A stretch of DNA of 64,000 nt, from NCBI GenBank assembly GCA_963843555.1, contig CAWJKV010000010.1, positions 1-64,000 on the forward strand, given 5' to 3'. Below are positions 42,181 through 52,556 of the stretch, in pieces. Both the position numbers and the translations under genes were made by a program. The first letter of the stretch is position 1. Each line of letters starts with the position of its first letter. This DNA comes from an uncultured Methanosarcinales archaeon (lineage in GTDB: Archaea > Halobacteriota > Methanosarcinia > Methanotrichales > Methanotrichaceae). A model generated the notes under the pieces. It did not search any database. It was not told where the DNA came from and worked only from the letters and a program-made list of their open reading frames with translations.

Positions 42181-42657
42181 TTAGCCGCAACCACAGCCTC
42201 CTCCGCCCCCTCCGCCTGAGGTGGAAGTCGTAGTGCCCCTTGATCCACTGATGGGATACATGATATTCGTATATCCGGCCAGGTTCTTGTTTGTCCTATC
42301 GCGGGAATAGCTGGACAGATCCAGCGGTTTCATGCCCGAGGACTGAGAGAGGCCAGAGACAGCCGCCAGGCCGGATGGGCCGACAACGCTGGAATTTTCC
42401 ACTGAGCTGCTATTCATTGAGGAGTTGTCAGCAGTCATGTTGTTGATAGTCGAGTTGTTCATAGATGGTTGATTCATCTGAGAGCCGGCCACTGCCTGGG
42501 GTGCCATTACCCCAGAGACTGAAGGCGCTGCCAAATTCAGATCTCCCATATAAACCATCTCGCCCCCAGGAGACCACTGGGCATAGGCATTGAAGACCAT
42601 GAACAGGAATATGAACACGATCCCCAGAGCAGTTACCGCATACTTTGCAGAGAGCAT
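42181..42657 (-). CDS. Secreted low-complexity protein ending GGGGGGGCGCG
   Basis: Signal peptide, Asn/Ser-rich middle. Confidence 0.7.
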   Translation of the reverse strand: MLSAKYAVTALGIVFIFLFMVFNAYAQWSPGGEMVYMGDLNLAAPSVSGVMAPQAVAGSQMNQPSMNNSTINNMTADNSSMNSSSVENSSVVGPSGLAAVSGLSQSSGMKPLDLSSYSRDRTNKNLAGYTNIMYPISGSRGTTTSTSGGGGGGGCGCG

Positions 42658-42699
42658 AATTTTATTCCTCCATATCGGAAATTATAATCGAGAGCTTAA

Positions 42700-42740
42700 A
42701 ATAAAATAAAAAAGATATGTGCTCTTCCGAGGCACATATC
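42700..42740 (-). terminator. Hairpin plus poly-T terminator of the cdh operon
   Basis: GATATGTGC-N9-GCACATATC (42714-42740), then a T-run on the minus strand just after cdhE. Confidence 0.7.
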
Positions 42741-42767
42741 AGTTTCTGTAGCCCAATATTTTAGGCT

Positions 42768-44180
42768 TTACTTGGGTGGCCAGAAATCCTTCATCCAGCC
42801 GATGATGCGTCCGGAGTCTTCTGGGCCGACCATGATCTTGGTCTTGCCCTGGAAGAGGTCCTCCAGCTCGCCGGAGAACTTGGCAGCCATTCCGGGCAGA
42901 ACCATTGCGGGGTATTTCTGAGCGGACCAGTCGAAGGCAGCCTCATTGAAGGAATCCAGGATCTTGGTCGGGCTCAGCTGGCCTCCAGCCACAGACGCCT
43001 GCACGCCGATTCCATCGGTATTGATGGCGATGATGTAGGCATCAATGCCGTTGGAGGCGATATCCGACTCTACTGTGTAGTAGGTCAGGGCGAAGTTGGT
43101 GGTCAGGAAGACCGGAGACTCAGCTCCCGGATTGCCTACCTTGTAGATACCGGGCTTTACCTGCACTGGCGTTCTTGGGTCAGTAAAGATGTTGAAGCGC
43201 AGATGCATATCCGGCATCATGCTGTAGGCCTCGAGAGAGTGCTTGATCATGATGGCTCCGCCGCGGATGACGAAGGCAGCGGTGAGCACTGACTCCCAGT
43301 ATGCGGCGCGCACGGGATCATCAGTGGTCAGCCAGGCATTGATGGGCAGAACCATGACAGGATAAGCGATATCCCTCTGAGCCTCTTCCACAGCCGCTCT
43401 CCTCAGGTTGATGAAATTGAGCAGTGTCTGCTGCAGCAGCTTGCCGTTGGGTGCAGTGCCTGGGTCCAGGATGAGATCGGTCAGGCCCATGCCGGCAAAG
43501 GTGACGGCCATGGACTTCAGGGCATCCAGATCGAAGGGAACGCTCAATGTGACGGGCACCTTGTAGTCGGAAGCCAGCTGAGCGACCTCTTTCCAGTTGT
43601 CCTTGTTGGCGGCGTAGATGAGCGGCCTGGCCTTGGCGGCAACCTCAAGTCCTGCCTTGAGAACAGCAGGATTGAAGGAGCAGAGAATGAGCGGGAAGTC
43701 CGAGTTGGCCATGACCGTCTTGACACAGGCTGCGAATTTCGCAGGGTCATCGCTCACGGAACGTACGGCAATCATCTCTACACCCTGCCACTTGCCGATG
43801 TAGAACTTGCGCCAGGTGGAGATCTTCTTGACGCGCTCCACGAGCTTTGCCTCATCCATGTTGTCAGCAACATCATAGGCAAATGGCGGCTTGTTGAAGA
43901 AGGTCATCTGGTGGCGGAACATGACGTCCTCGCCGCCGACCTTGACCTGCTTTTCTCCGACGCCAATGTATACCATTTTGAGCTCAGGAGCGACGATGCT
44001 CTTCAGAGCCTCAAGCTTCTTGGCGTACTTCTTCTCGTCTATCAGTGGAGTGCACTCCTCTACCTTCCGGGTCCTGGCGATCAGGCCGGCGGCAAAGGCC
44101 ATACAGGTCTCCTCTCCGCACTTCTTACAGTTTGTCTGTGGAAGCTGCTTGTAAAGGTTAAGCGGGCTAGTTTCCTTCAT
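42768..44180 (-). CDS. cdhE: ACDS gamma subunit (corrinoid Fe-S protein, large)
   Basis: LPQTNCKKCGEETCMAFA, TTNFALTYYTVESD. Confidence 0.96.
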   Translation of the reverse strand: MKETSPLNLYKQLPQTNCKKCGEETCMAFAAGLIARTRKVEECTPLIDEKKYAKKLEALKSIVAPELKMVYIGVGEKQVKVGGEDVMFRHQMTFFNKPPFAYDVADNMDEAKLVERVKKISTWRKFYIGKWQGVEMIAVRSVSDDPAKFAACVKTVMANSDFPLILCSFNPAVLKAGLEVAAKARPLIYAANKDNWKEVAQLASDYKVPVTLSVPFDLDALKSMAVTFAGMGLTDLILDPGTAPNGKLLQQTLLNFINLRRAAVEEAQRDIAYPVMVLPINAWLTTDDPVRAAYWESVLTAAFVIRGGAIMIKHSLEAYSMMPDMHLRFNIFTDPRTPVQVKPGIYKVGNPGAESPVFLTTNFALTYYTVESDIASNGIDAYIIAINTDGIGVQASVAGGQLSPTKILDSFNEAAFDWSAQKYPAMVLPGMAAKFSGELEDLFQGKTKIMVGPEDSGRIIGWMKDFWPPK

Positions 44181-44186
44181 TGTCTC

Positions 44187-45539
44187 TCACACCCCCATCT
44201 TGAGCCAGGCAGTGGTGTCCGGTGTCTTGGCATCAATTCTTCCCATCAGGGACTGAGTGATCTCATGCACATAGGCAACAGCCGTCGGGTGCATCATCAT
44301 GAAGATGTCCACACCGGCCATGGCCAGAGAGTATCCGGTCAAAATCTCCCAGATTGGGCCCCTGAGCATTCTGTCTCCCCAGTCGGAGTCATCTTTATTG
44401 GGTGAGCGGACCATCCATGACTCTCTGACGCCCCAGGCGTTGGTGGTGCCGGAGGACATGGGGAATGTCAGCTCTTCGTCGCCTTTCAGAGCGCCGAGCC
44501 TGATCCTCTCCATGTTGGAGTAGGCGAAGTCCAATCCGTAGGCCAGAGCGGCTGTTGTCGGGTCCATGACGATGGATTCCCTTGGAACGCCGGCGACCTT
44601 CATGAGCTTACGGTTAAGCTCCTTCTGAGAGTTGATCTCAAGCTGGGTCCAGGCGAGGCATACATGTCCGTTATCTACACAGGCCTTGCCGATCTTTTCC
44701 CAATCCATGTTCAGGTTGGCAGAGGCGATAAGAACGCGCTCGCCCTGGGCAACTTCTGCTGCTTTGGAGAGGACTATGGGATCCTTGGTGGGGTTACCGG
44801 ATCCGCCGATGCAGATTGGTACATCAACCGCTTGAAGAACCTCTTCCACGGTCTTGACTGCATCCTGGGCCGAGGTGTCCTTCAGGAGTGGATCTGTGCT
44901 GATCAGGTGAACGGTTACCATGTCGGCGCCGAACTTCTTGACTGCCTTCTTAGCCCACTCGCCTGGGGAGTTGATTACATCCTCGTAGTGCATCTTGACG
45001 GCCTTGGCCATGCCGATGGGCATGTCGAAGACGTCCATGGTGATCTTGGGCGCATGGGGCATTGGCGCATCCGGGAAGAATGGCATTGCCTTCTCGCCGC
45101 CCAGCTTTACCACGTGACCGCGGCTTCCGCCATCTGCCTTGGTGGCACCCAGAGTGACCTCTTGAATGGTGTTCCTCCAGGTCTTGTCTGTGCCGACGCT
45201 GAATTTGGCGCTGGCAAGGGCGCTGGCTACCTTAAAGGCGGGCACTGCGGCCGCTGCTGCTGCCAGGTCCTTTGGAGCCGGAGATAAGGCCTGCGCCATG
45301 GCCACGGGCTGAAGCAGGTTCTCTACTGGATAGCCTACCGCCTTGGCAAAGTTCATGAGCTGCATGGCGATCTTGGCCGCCTCCTGTCCGAAATAGTATG
45401 CAAAGAGCGGTCCCATGCCGCCAGCACCTGCATCTATCTCTATCTCTACGTCACCCTCGATTGTTAGTCCCTCGAGGGATTGAACATTCATCTCTGTTAA
45501 TGTCTTATTCAGGTCAGATAAAGTGATCTTCTCTGCCAT
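44187..45539 (-). CDS. cdhD: ACDS delta subunit
   Basis: [39 protein letters not shown]. Confidence 0.96.
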   Translation of the reverse strand: MAEKITLSDLNKTLTEMNVQSLEGLTIEGDVEIEIDAGAGGMGPLFAYYFGQEAAKIAMQLMNFAKAVGYPVENLLQPVAMAQALSPAPKDLAAAAAAVPAFKVASALASAKFSVGTDKTWRNTIQEVTLGATKADGGSRGHVVKLGGEKAMPFFPDAPMPHAPKITMDVFDMPIGMAKAVKMHYEDVINSPGEWAKKAVKKFGADMVTVHLISTDPLLKDTSAQDAVKTVEEVLQAVDVPICIGGSGNPTKDPIVLSKAAEVAQGERVLIASANLNMDWEKIGKACVDNGHVCLAWTQLEINSQKELNRKLMKVAGVPRESIVMDPTTAALAYGLDFAYSNMERIRLGALKGDEELTFPMSSGTTNAWGVRESWMVRSPNKDDSDWGDRMLRGPIWEILTGYSLAMAGVDIFMMMHPTAVAYVHEITQSLMGRIDAKTPDTTAWLKMGV

Positions 45540-45550
45540 TCAAATCACCC

Positions 45551-46312
45551 TCATAGGCCCAGTTTCCCGACGACCTGCGTCATCTCTTGCACTGCAGGCG
45601 ATTCATCAGGAAGGCCCATCAATGGATCTCCCACTAAATCGAATTTGGCTAGACTTTCATCATAGGGGATAGTGCCGATAACCTTCAAGCCGAGACCCTT
45701 GGCATTCTCCAGAACCTGCTCCCTTCTACCGGCAGTGACCTTGTTCACAATCACATACAGGTTCCTGTACTTCAGCTCGATCTCGCTGGCCGTGTCACGT
45801 ATGCGCTCGCCTGTGGTGAGCCCTCTCTTGGACTCGTCCGTCACCACAATGAGATCATCGAGGTCCGGAATGGTCTTCCTGCTGAAGTGCTCGAGGCCCG
45901 CAGGCGTGTCGATGAGGACAAGATCATAGTTTGCCGTGGTCTTGTCCATAATGCCGCGCAGAAGGTTGTTGACAAAACAGTAACATCCGGATCCTTCCGG
46001 CTTGCCCATGACAAGAAGATCAAATCCCTCCTCCTCCAAGAGAATCTCGAAGAGCTTGGACTCGAAAAGTACCTGCTTGTCCGTATCAGGCGAAGTTGTG
46101 AACCGGGATTGCTGCATGAACTCTCTCATGTCGCCAATGGTTTTTCCCACCTTCACACCCAGCGCGTCGGCAAGATTGGCATCAGAATCTGCATCAATTA
46201 CAAGCATCCGGTACTTTTTTCCGGAATTCTTTACGAGATGTCTTATGAGCATCGCGGTCACGGCTGTCTTGCCGGTGCCGCCCTTACCGGTTACCGCTAT
46301 TACTTTCCCCAA
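45551..46312 (-). CDS. cooC: CooC/AcsF-type Ni-insertion ATPase
   Basis: GKGGTGKT, GSGCYCFVN, DTPAGLEHFSR. Confidence 0.92.
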   Translation of the reverse strand: MGKVIAVTGKGGTGKTAVTAMLIRHLVKNSGKKYRMLVIDADSDANLADALGVKVGKTIGDMREFMQQSRFTTSPDTDKQVLFESKLFEILLEEEGFDLLVMGKPEGSGCYCFVNNLLRGIMDKTTANYDLVLIDTPAGLEHFSRKTIPDLDDLIVVTDESKRGLTTGERIRDTASEIELKYRNLYVIVNKVTAGRREQVLENAKGLGLKVIGTIPYDESLAKFDLVGDPLMGLPDESPAVQEMTQVVGKLGL

Positions 46313-46325
46313 TGTCTAGCCTTCC

Positions 46326-46499
46326 TTATTTCTTCGGTTTTATGACAACTTCCGCTACATGGATGGATGCCCCTCTAAGTTCAATGGTCATTCCACCCGA
46401 TGATGCTGCTGGCATAGCGAAAGCCGGAGCTGCTGCTGCGCCTGCTGCTGGTGCGGCCGCGGCTGGAGCTGCTTCTTTTTTCTTAAGCTTAAGCTGCAT
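46326..46499 (-). CDS. Small Ala/Pro-rich protein (57 aa) resembling a CdhC C-terminal tail
   Basis: MQLKLKKKEAAPAAAAP...GGMTIELRGASIHVAEVVIKPKK; GAGGGAG RBS. Confidence 0.75.
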   Translation of the reverse strand: MQLKLKKKEAAPAAAAPAAGAAAAPAFAMPAASSGGMTIELRGASIHVAEVVIKPKK

Positions 46500-46580
46500 A
46501 ATATCTCCCTCACTTTTAATCAAGACAGTTGCACTCGCGAAAACCGCATCTCCCAAAAAAAGGGAGAAGAAGGCGGCACT

Positions 46581-46748
46581 CTACTTAGCGAGTGTTACCT
46601 TGTCTATGCTTATCTTGGCATCCTTCAGAATCAGCTTGATACCGCCGGCGCTGCCGGACATGCTCATAGCTGGTGCTGCTGCGCCTGCTGCAGGTGCGGC
46701 TGCTGGAGCCGCGGCTGCAGGTGTCTTTGGTTTTAGTTTTAGCTGCAT
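46581..46748 (-). CDS. Small Ala/Pro-rich protein (55 aa), paralog of 46326-46499; not in the ORF track
   Basis: MQLKLKPKTPAAAAPAAAPAAGAAAPAMSMSGSAGGIKLILKDAKISIDKVTLAK*; GAGGGTGA RBS. Confidence 0.78.
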   Translation of the reverse strand: MQLKLKPKTPAAAAPAAAPAAGAAAPAMSMSGSAGGIKLILKDAKISIDKVTLAK

Positions 46749-46789
46749 AGATATTCACCCTCTTTGATTTTACTCATTCGATAAATTGC

Positions 46790-48196
46790 TCACTCGAGAA
46801 CGCCGTCAGCCTGCAGAGCCTCGACGACCTGCATGAACTGGCCTTCGGTCAGGGCGAGCTCGGACTTGACGACATCCATGTTGATGTCGCCGCCAGTCTT
46901 CTCGATATAGGCCATGACCTGTTCCTTGATCTCATCGGAGATGTCTTCGAGCTTCCAGCCCTCAGTGATCTTCTTGTTGTCGACTTTCCTGGTGACGCCG
47001 TTGACAACGGGGTGGTCGACCTTCAGCAGGAAGGCCTTAAGGGATGCGATATCCTTGGCATCTTCTTCAGTGGCGATCTTGGCCATCATATCCTCATCGA
47101 TGCCGGCCTTTACTCTCTCCTTGAGACCCTTGGACATCCAGACGATCCTTCTCCAGCCGCCGTCTGCCTGGAGGAACTTGGGCGAGAAGTAGTACAGAAT
47201 GCCCATGCCCAGGAATCCAACGACCTGCTTGCCGCCGCCTGTCTGGCCTGCCATGGTTGAGAAAGGCAGTCCGTTGGGGGTCGCGCCCTTGAAGTCACGG
47301 TCGGCTAGACCGATGCCGTCAACCTCAGGCATGAAGAAGCCGATGGTCTCGAAACATCCACAGGATGTGTGGGGCGCATCGAAGAATGTGTACAGCTTCA
47401 TGACGCTGTACTCGCCGCCCGAGCGTTTTGCTGCCATCTCATTGATTGCCTCGTACTCGCCTGCAACGGCATCCGTAGCGGTTCCCTTGGGTATGGGGAA
47501 TTGGGGGCCCTCGGGGTCCACCTTGGCGGCAGCGCGTCCATCGAACCAGGTGATAGCTCCGCACAGGGATGGCCTGTCGGGTGTGACCACGCAGGCGCTG
47601 GTGGGGGCGAATGCCTGGCACAGTGTGCAGCCGTAGAAGACGTCGACGTCCTCATCGTGCAGTCCCTTGGCGCGCTCGTCACGTGTCTTATAGACTGCCA
47701 TGGCGTTGGCCAGCTCTGCCTTTACCTTGGCGGGGTCGGTTACAATTCTGATCTCCATCTTCTCAATGAAGGGCATCTCGGCCTTGTACAGATCGATGAC
47801 GGGTGTGAATATCTCTACCCAGGAGGTGACACCCTTCTTCTGCAGGCTCTTGCCGATCCTCATCCAGATGTCGTATCTCTGGTTGAGGTGCATGAGGCCG
47901 CTGATATAGGAGAGGAGAGCGTGGTTGCGCCTCTCGATGATGGACTCCAGATCCTTCTCAATCTTCTCGCCGCCGACCTTGAATATCATGCCGAAGGGAA
48001 TGGTGGAGCCTTCCTTGACATCCTTGAGATCCGGGCCGTCTACAGTGACCTTTCCATCCTGAATCTCATCCATCGGTGCAGACAGAGATAGCTCGAATCC
48101 GTCTGCCTTGGGGCCGCCCAGCTCTACCCATAGATCGTCCTTTCTGATGCGCTCGCCCTCATACATAGGGGATATGTCCAACTTTACATCTGCCAT
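46790..48196 (-). CDS. cdhC: ACDS beta subunit (acetyl-CoA synthase)
   Basis: YEGERIRK, FYGCTLCQAFAP, PHTSCGCFE. Confidence 0.97.
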   Translation of the reverse strand: MADVKLDISPMYEGERIRKDDLWVELGGPKADGFELSLSAPMDEIQDGKVTVDGPDLKDVKEGSTIPFGMIFKVGGEKIEKDLESIIERRNHALLSYISGLMHLNQRYDIWMRIGKSLQKKGVTSWVEIFTPVIDLYKAEMPFIEKMEIRIVTDPAKVKAELANAMAVYKTRDERAKGLHDEDVDVFYGCTLCQAFAPTSACVVTPDRPSLCGAITWFDGRAAAKVDPEGPQFPIPKGTATDAVAGEYEAINEMAAKRSGGEYSVMKLYTFFDAPHTSCGCFETIGFFMPEVDGIGLADRDFKGATPNGLPFSTMAGQTGGGKQVVGFLGMGILYYFSPKFLQADGGWRRIVWMSKGLKERVKAGIDEDMMAKIATEEDAKDIASLKAFLLKVDHPVVNGVTRKVDNKKITEGWKLEDISDEIKEQVMAYIEKTGGDINMDVVKSELALTEGQFMQVVEALQADGVLE

Positions 48197-48228
48197 TTAA
48201 TATACCTCTTCTGTTTATAAGATAAATT

Positions 48229-48792
48229 TTATTTCTTCATTGCTGCTATTACTTCATCCACTGCGGCGTGATAGTCGTCAGGAGTGAAGGCCATGTTGCC
48301 AAAGGTCATATTCGCATTGATGTGGTAATACCGATCAACGGATATGCGCTTGATGTCACGGTTGAAGTTCTTCAACGTGGCGAACATAGCATTGGCGAAC
48401 TTGTAGAAGATGCCCATGAAGATAACGGCATCGTACTGTCCCTTTCCGTCCAGCCCCTTCCAGTCCGGGAAGCGCAGGTAGTTGGTCAGGGGATGCAGGC
48501 CTATCTGATAGACGTTCTCCATGTAGCCTCTGTCTACGAAGCCCTTCACGCTGTGGGCTGTTGCCGCGATCGGTATGCCCGTCTTGCCCATCTCGATCAT
48601 CTTATCGAACATGATGGGGTCGTCAAAGAGCTCTGCTCCCACAACGAGCAGAGGCCTCTTGGCCTTCTTGATTATTGCGCCCATAACCTTCGGCATATAG
48701 CACTTAGCCTGCTCCGGTCCGGGAACCTGGGCCATCTCAAAGGGAATGGGGTTCTTGGTGGTGTCAATGCCCTTCTTTACATCTGCTGCCAT
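48229..48792 (-). CDS. cdhB: ACDS epsilon subunit
   Basis: IKKAKRPLLVVG, WKGLDGKGQYD. Confidence 0.94.
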   Translation of the reverse strand: MAADVKKGIDTTKNPIPFEMAQVPGPEQAKCYMPKVMGAIIKKAKRPLLVVGAELFDDPIMFDKMIEMGKTGIPIAATAHSVKGFVDRGYMENVYQIGLHPLTNYLRFPDWKGLDGKGQYDAVIFMGIFYKFANAMFATLKNFNRDIKRISVDRYYHINANMTFGNMAFTPDDYHAAVDEVIAAMKK

Positions 48793-48811
48793 TTTTATCT
48801 CCTCCTCACCC

Positions 48812-51229
48812 TCACTTCTTGGTCCTGATCTTCCTTGCCAGGTTGGTCGGGTCGAAGCTCACGTCCGCTGGTCTGAGTGGGCCGGATAGGAACTTCTTTG
48901 CCTTCCAGTCGACTGTCCAGCCGTGCTTTGCCTCCAACTCCTTCATCATCATATCCTTGTATGTGATGGGGAGGTCCTTGGCGTCGCGGACATAGATATG
49001 CCAGTCGTCGGGCAGCTTTCCACAATACTTCATGGAGATATCGCACCAGTGAGTCAGCTTGATCGATCTGCCGATGCTGTTATCGGACGGTCGCAGGCAG
49101 AGCTTGGCCATTTCCACCATAGCCTCTTCCTTGGACTCGGCAATGTATAGCATCGCCTCAGGTGCTGGCTCGATCTGTTGCATCTTGCCGTCGCGGGCAT
49201 CGATTACCATCCAGTCCTCTGGCTTGTCTGCCCTGCCGATAAACGAGCGGCGGTACATGACAGAATGAGGCTGAACTACCACGGGAATGCCCAGCCGGTT
49301 GCAACCTGTTGCGATTGCGGCAGCCTTCTGTGAATATGCACCCCAGGCCACACCGCAGGCACCTACTTTGTTCAGGATATAATCTGCGATATCGTCGAAG
49401 TTGCCTCTATGATTGCGGTGGGCGAAGATGGTGGCGACCTTAATCGCAGCGTCCGCTATGTTGGCGTTGGAAACGCACGATCCGGTGTTGCAGATGTTCC
49501 TGCCATCGAATCCGCCGGGATACTGCTCCCAGATGGTCTTGCCGTCTACATCCGTGTAGAGTGACATATCCATGGCCATGCATCCGGATGTGACAACGAT
49601 GTAGCCGCGGTCCACGAACTCCTTGGCCATATCGTAGCATTCCTTAGTTCCACGCGGATAGTTGCTGCATCCTACCAGAGCGATAACGCCGGGGATAGTG
49701 CCAAGCACAATTGGTGCTCCGACGGACCTGATCTCAGTGTCGCGCGCGGGGCCGCGTCCGGATCTCATCTTGAACTTCTGGTCCTTGACTGCCTGACGAT
49801 TGGCATACTCAAAGAGGTCCATGATGTTTATGTCTTGAGGACAGACCTGCTCACATCTGCCACAACCCACACAGATCTCGTACATGGACGAGAAAGCTTC
49901 CATGTTGCCCTTCTTGGCCTCGGCAACAAGTTCGCTGATTCTGGTATGAGGTGGACAGACGAAGGCACACTCATTGCATCCGGTGCATTTCTCTATGCTC
50001 GCCTTGAATTGTTCCTCTGTCATGAGGTTTTGAGTCTTGGCCTCGGCGCGCTTGGGTTTAACAGCGATGGCCGTTTTGATGCCAACGATTCCAGCCTTGG
50101 CTGGATCCAGAATGGCAACGCCTGGTACTTTGAAGCTTACCAGGTCTTCCACTATTGCATCCACTGGGTCGTTGGTCCTATCATCCAGACCAAGCATTAT
50201 TTTGTCAGTAGTGGCAATGAGTGGTATCTTGCGCTTCGATGCATCAGCCAGAACATCACACCAGACGCACTGCTCATCTACCATCACACAGTCCATGACT
50301 CCGGAGCGGACCATCTTTCTCCACCAGCCGATTGCGCCTGCGACCTTGGGCCTCTTGCCGATTCCAGCAGGAACCTTGGCTTCGCCCTTTCCGAGGCCGA
50401 TTCTGTTCAGGTCATGAGCAGTACAGCAAACACCGCCGATGTCTACCTTGTCCCAGAGATTATTTTCTTCGGCATAGATCATGGCTTCGGCGCCTGCTGC
50501 CAGGTTATGGCCGTAGGCAATCAGAACGCCCTTGTTCTGGTCCAGGGTTCCCATGCCGATCTCGATGAGCGGAGCATCTGCAGCGCCGCGAGGCATGTTG
50601 TAGGCCACGACCTGCATAACATCGCAGATCTCCATGCCCAGCAGATCCAGCATACCGGCGTGTAAAGCCTTGGACTCGAAGTCGATGAAAGCGCTCTCCT
50701 GGCCGGTATGAGTCGCTGCCAGAAGCTGAACGACTTCCTCTTCCAGATAGTTCAAGCCCTCGGCGAAATCCTTCAGGGACTTGGGCTTGCTGCCCATGAT
50801 AGTCTGGTATAAGGGAGAATCCACCAGAATTTCATCGCCCATGTCATACTTCATGTCGCCGAATTTGTCCATGCACCAGTGATAGAGATGCCTTCCATGG
50901 GCTGAATGCGCACATGTGCCCATCAGGCAGGCAATTAAAACGATCTTGCCGCATGCACCGGCCTGATCAATGCCGCATGCACCGCGCTTGTTGCCTGTAA
51001 GGTCGCATGGACCGTAGGTACACAGAGTACAAGTATCATCCGCTGGCGCGTACATGATCTTGTATCTGTTGGCAATCATATGATCCCAGTTCCGGAGCGT
51101 TGCCACACCGGGCTTGGGGCAAGGACCCATCTCCTGGTCCCACTCTTCCGCTTCCTTGACGACAGCTCCAATGTTGATCTGGACGTTCTTCATGTCCTCA
51201 ACCGAGAAGCTGCCTTGGTTAGTTGCCAT
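48812..51229 (-). CDS. cdhA: ACDS alpha subunit (CO dehydrogenase)
   Basis: CTLCTYGPCDL, GGVCCTAHD, two ferredoxin motifs, GSCVSN; ATG at 51229 with GGAGG. Confidence 0.97.
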   Translation of the reverse strand: MATNQGSFSVEDMKNVQINIGAVVKEAEEWDQEMGPCPKPGVATLRNWDHMIANRYKIMYAPADDTCTLCTYGPCDLTGNKRGACGIDQAGACGKIVLIACLMGTCAHSAHGRHLYHWCMDKFGDMKYDMGDEILVDSPLYQTIMGSKPKSLKDFAEGLNYLEEEVVQLLAATHTGQESAFIDFESKALHAGMLDLLGMEICDVMQVVAYNMPRGAADAPLIEIGMGTLDQNKGVLIAYGHNLAAGAEAMIYAEENNLWDKVDIGGVCCTAHDLNRIGLGKGEAKVPAGIGKRPKVAGAIGWWRKMVRSGVMDCVMVDEQCVWCDVLADASKRKIPLIATTDKIMLGLDDRTNDPVDAIVEDLVSFKVPGVAILDPAKAGIVGIKTAIAVKPKRAEAKTQNLMTEEQFKASIEKCTGCNECAFVCPPHTRISELVAEAKKGNMEAFSSMYEICVGCGRCEQVCPQDINIMDLFEYANRQAVKDQKFKMRSGRGPARDTEIRSVGAPIVLGTIPGVIALVGCSNYPRGTKECYDMAKEFVDRGYIVVTSGCMAMDMSLYTDVDGKTIWEQYPGGFDGRNICNTGSCVSNANIADAAIKVATIFAHRNHRGNFDDIADYILNKVGACGVAWGAYSQKAAAIATGCNRLGIPVVVQPHSVMYRRSFIGRADKPEDWMVIDARDGKMQQIEPAPEAMLYIAESKEEAMVEMAKLCLRPSDNSIGRSIKLTHWCDISMKYCGKLPDDWHIYVRDAKDLPITYKDMMMKELEAKHGWTVDWKAKKFLSGPLRPADVSFDPTNLARKIRTKK

Positions 51230-51461
51230 CGGGTTCTTAGCCTCCTCTTCCTTTGATATACGCCGCTTGAGTTCGCATAGAGTAGATAAAACACTTTCGG
51301 ATACCAATTAATATTAAAATCGAAAGATGGACTTCGAGTTCATAGTAGTAATTTTATATATCGATCACCAGGGCGCGGCGTCCGGTCTGGTCACGATCGT
51401 TAATGGAGGATTTCAGCCCACAAGTTTGAAATGCCATCACAAGAGAAGGCCACGACAATTT

Positions 51462-52556
51462 ATGATAAACCGGGTACGGAAGAGCTTTGCCTCGGCTGCG
51501 GAGTGCAAGCATGGAGGCAAAGTGCAGGAAGCGGCAGAGAGTTTAGGAGCAGAGCCGCTGGACTTTTCTGCCAATATCAATCCATTAGGCACGCCGCCTC
51601 TGAGAGAATTGTTTCTGGAAGAGCTGATGCATATTGGCCACTATCCGGATAATAGCTACAAGGACTTTCGTCGCGCCGCCGGAAAATTTGTGAATGTGAA
51701 TATGAATTGCATTGTTCCCGGAAACGGCTCCTCTGAGCTGATCAGGCTCTTTGCCGAATGCTGCTTTGAAGAGGGCGACATCAGCCTTGTGCCCACACCA
51801 TCCTTTGGCGAGTATGCCAATCAGTCCCTTCTGGCCGGAGCCGTTGTTAAAAAGGTGAATATCGGCGGTGACGGTCTTCCGCTCCTGACAGACGCCGATC
51901 TTGCCAAGGCCAAGCTGCTCTTCCTTTGCAACCCGAACAACCCTACGGGACACCTCCTGACCCGGGATCAGGTGCTCAGTCTAGCGGATAGATGCGAAGA
52001 AGCGGAAGTCTTTCTGCTCGTGGACGAGGCCTTCATTGAGCTCTCCGATCCTCAGCAGAGCGTGGCCGATCTTGCTCCGGAGAGGGAGTTCTTGTTTGTC
52101 ATGAGATCCCTGACCAAGTCCTTCGGAGTGCCCGGCCTGCGGCTGGGCTTCGGCGTGACCAATCCCATCCTGGCAGAGATCTTGAACAGGGCCAGAATTC
52201 CCTGGTCTATCGGCTCCGTTGCCGCCGCAGCAGCAGTGCACCTGCTGGGCTGCGAGGAGCATCTGGAGAGATCCCGGCAGGTCATCAGAGCTGAGCTCAG
52301 ATATCTCACCCGTGCTCTGCAAGACCTGGGCCTCGAGCCTCTGCCCAGCCGGGTCAATTTCATCCTGGTGAATGTCGGGCCCGCAGGCCTCAGCTCGGAT
52401 CTTCTGGCCGAGCGGACCATGTCTCAGGGCGTACTGGTGCGGGACTGCCAGTCCTTTGGCCTGGGAAAGAGCTACATCCGGGTAGCAGTGCGAGGCCATA
52501 GCGAGAACGAGCAGCTTATCGCCGCCCTGGAGCAGGCCCTGGCATGCAGAGACTGA
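51462..52556 (+). CDS. cobD: Threonine-phosphate decarboxylase
   Basis: HGG, LDFSANINPLG, CNPNNPTG, DEAF, RSLTKSFGVPGLRLG; adjacent to cbiB. Confidence 0.88.
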   Translation: MINRVRKSFASAAECKHGGKVQEAAESLGAEPLDFSANINPLGTPPLRELFLEELMHIGHYPDNSYKDFRRAAGKFVNVNMNCIVPGNGSSELIRLFAECCFEEGDISLVPTPSFGEYANQSLLAGAVVKKVNIGGDGLPLLTDADLAKAKLLFLCNPNNPTGHLLTRDQVLSLADRCEEAEVFLLVDEAFIELSDPQQSVADLAPEREFLFVMRSLTKSFGVPGLRLGFGVTNPILAEILNRARIPWSIGSVAAAAAVHLLGCEEHLERSRQVIRAELRYLTRALQDLGLEPLPSRVNFILVNVGPAGLSSDLLAERTMSQGVLVRDCQSFGLGKSYIRVAVRGHSENEQLIAALEQALACRD

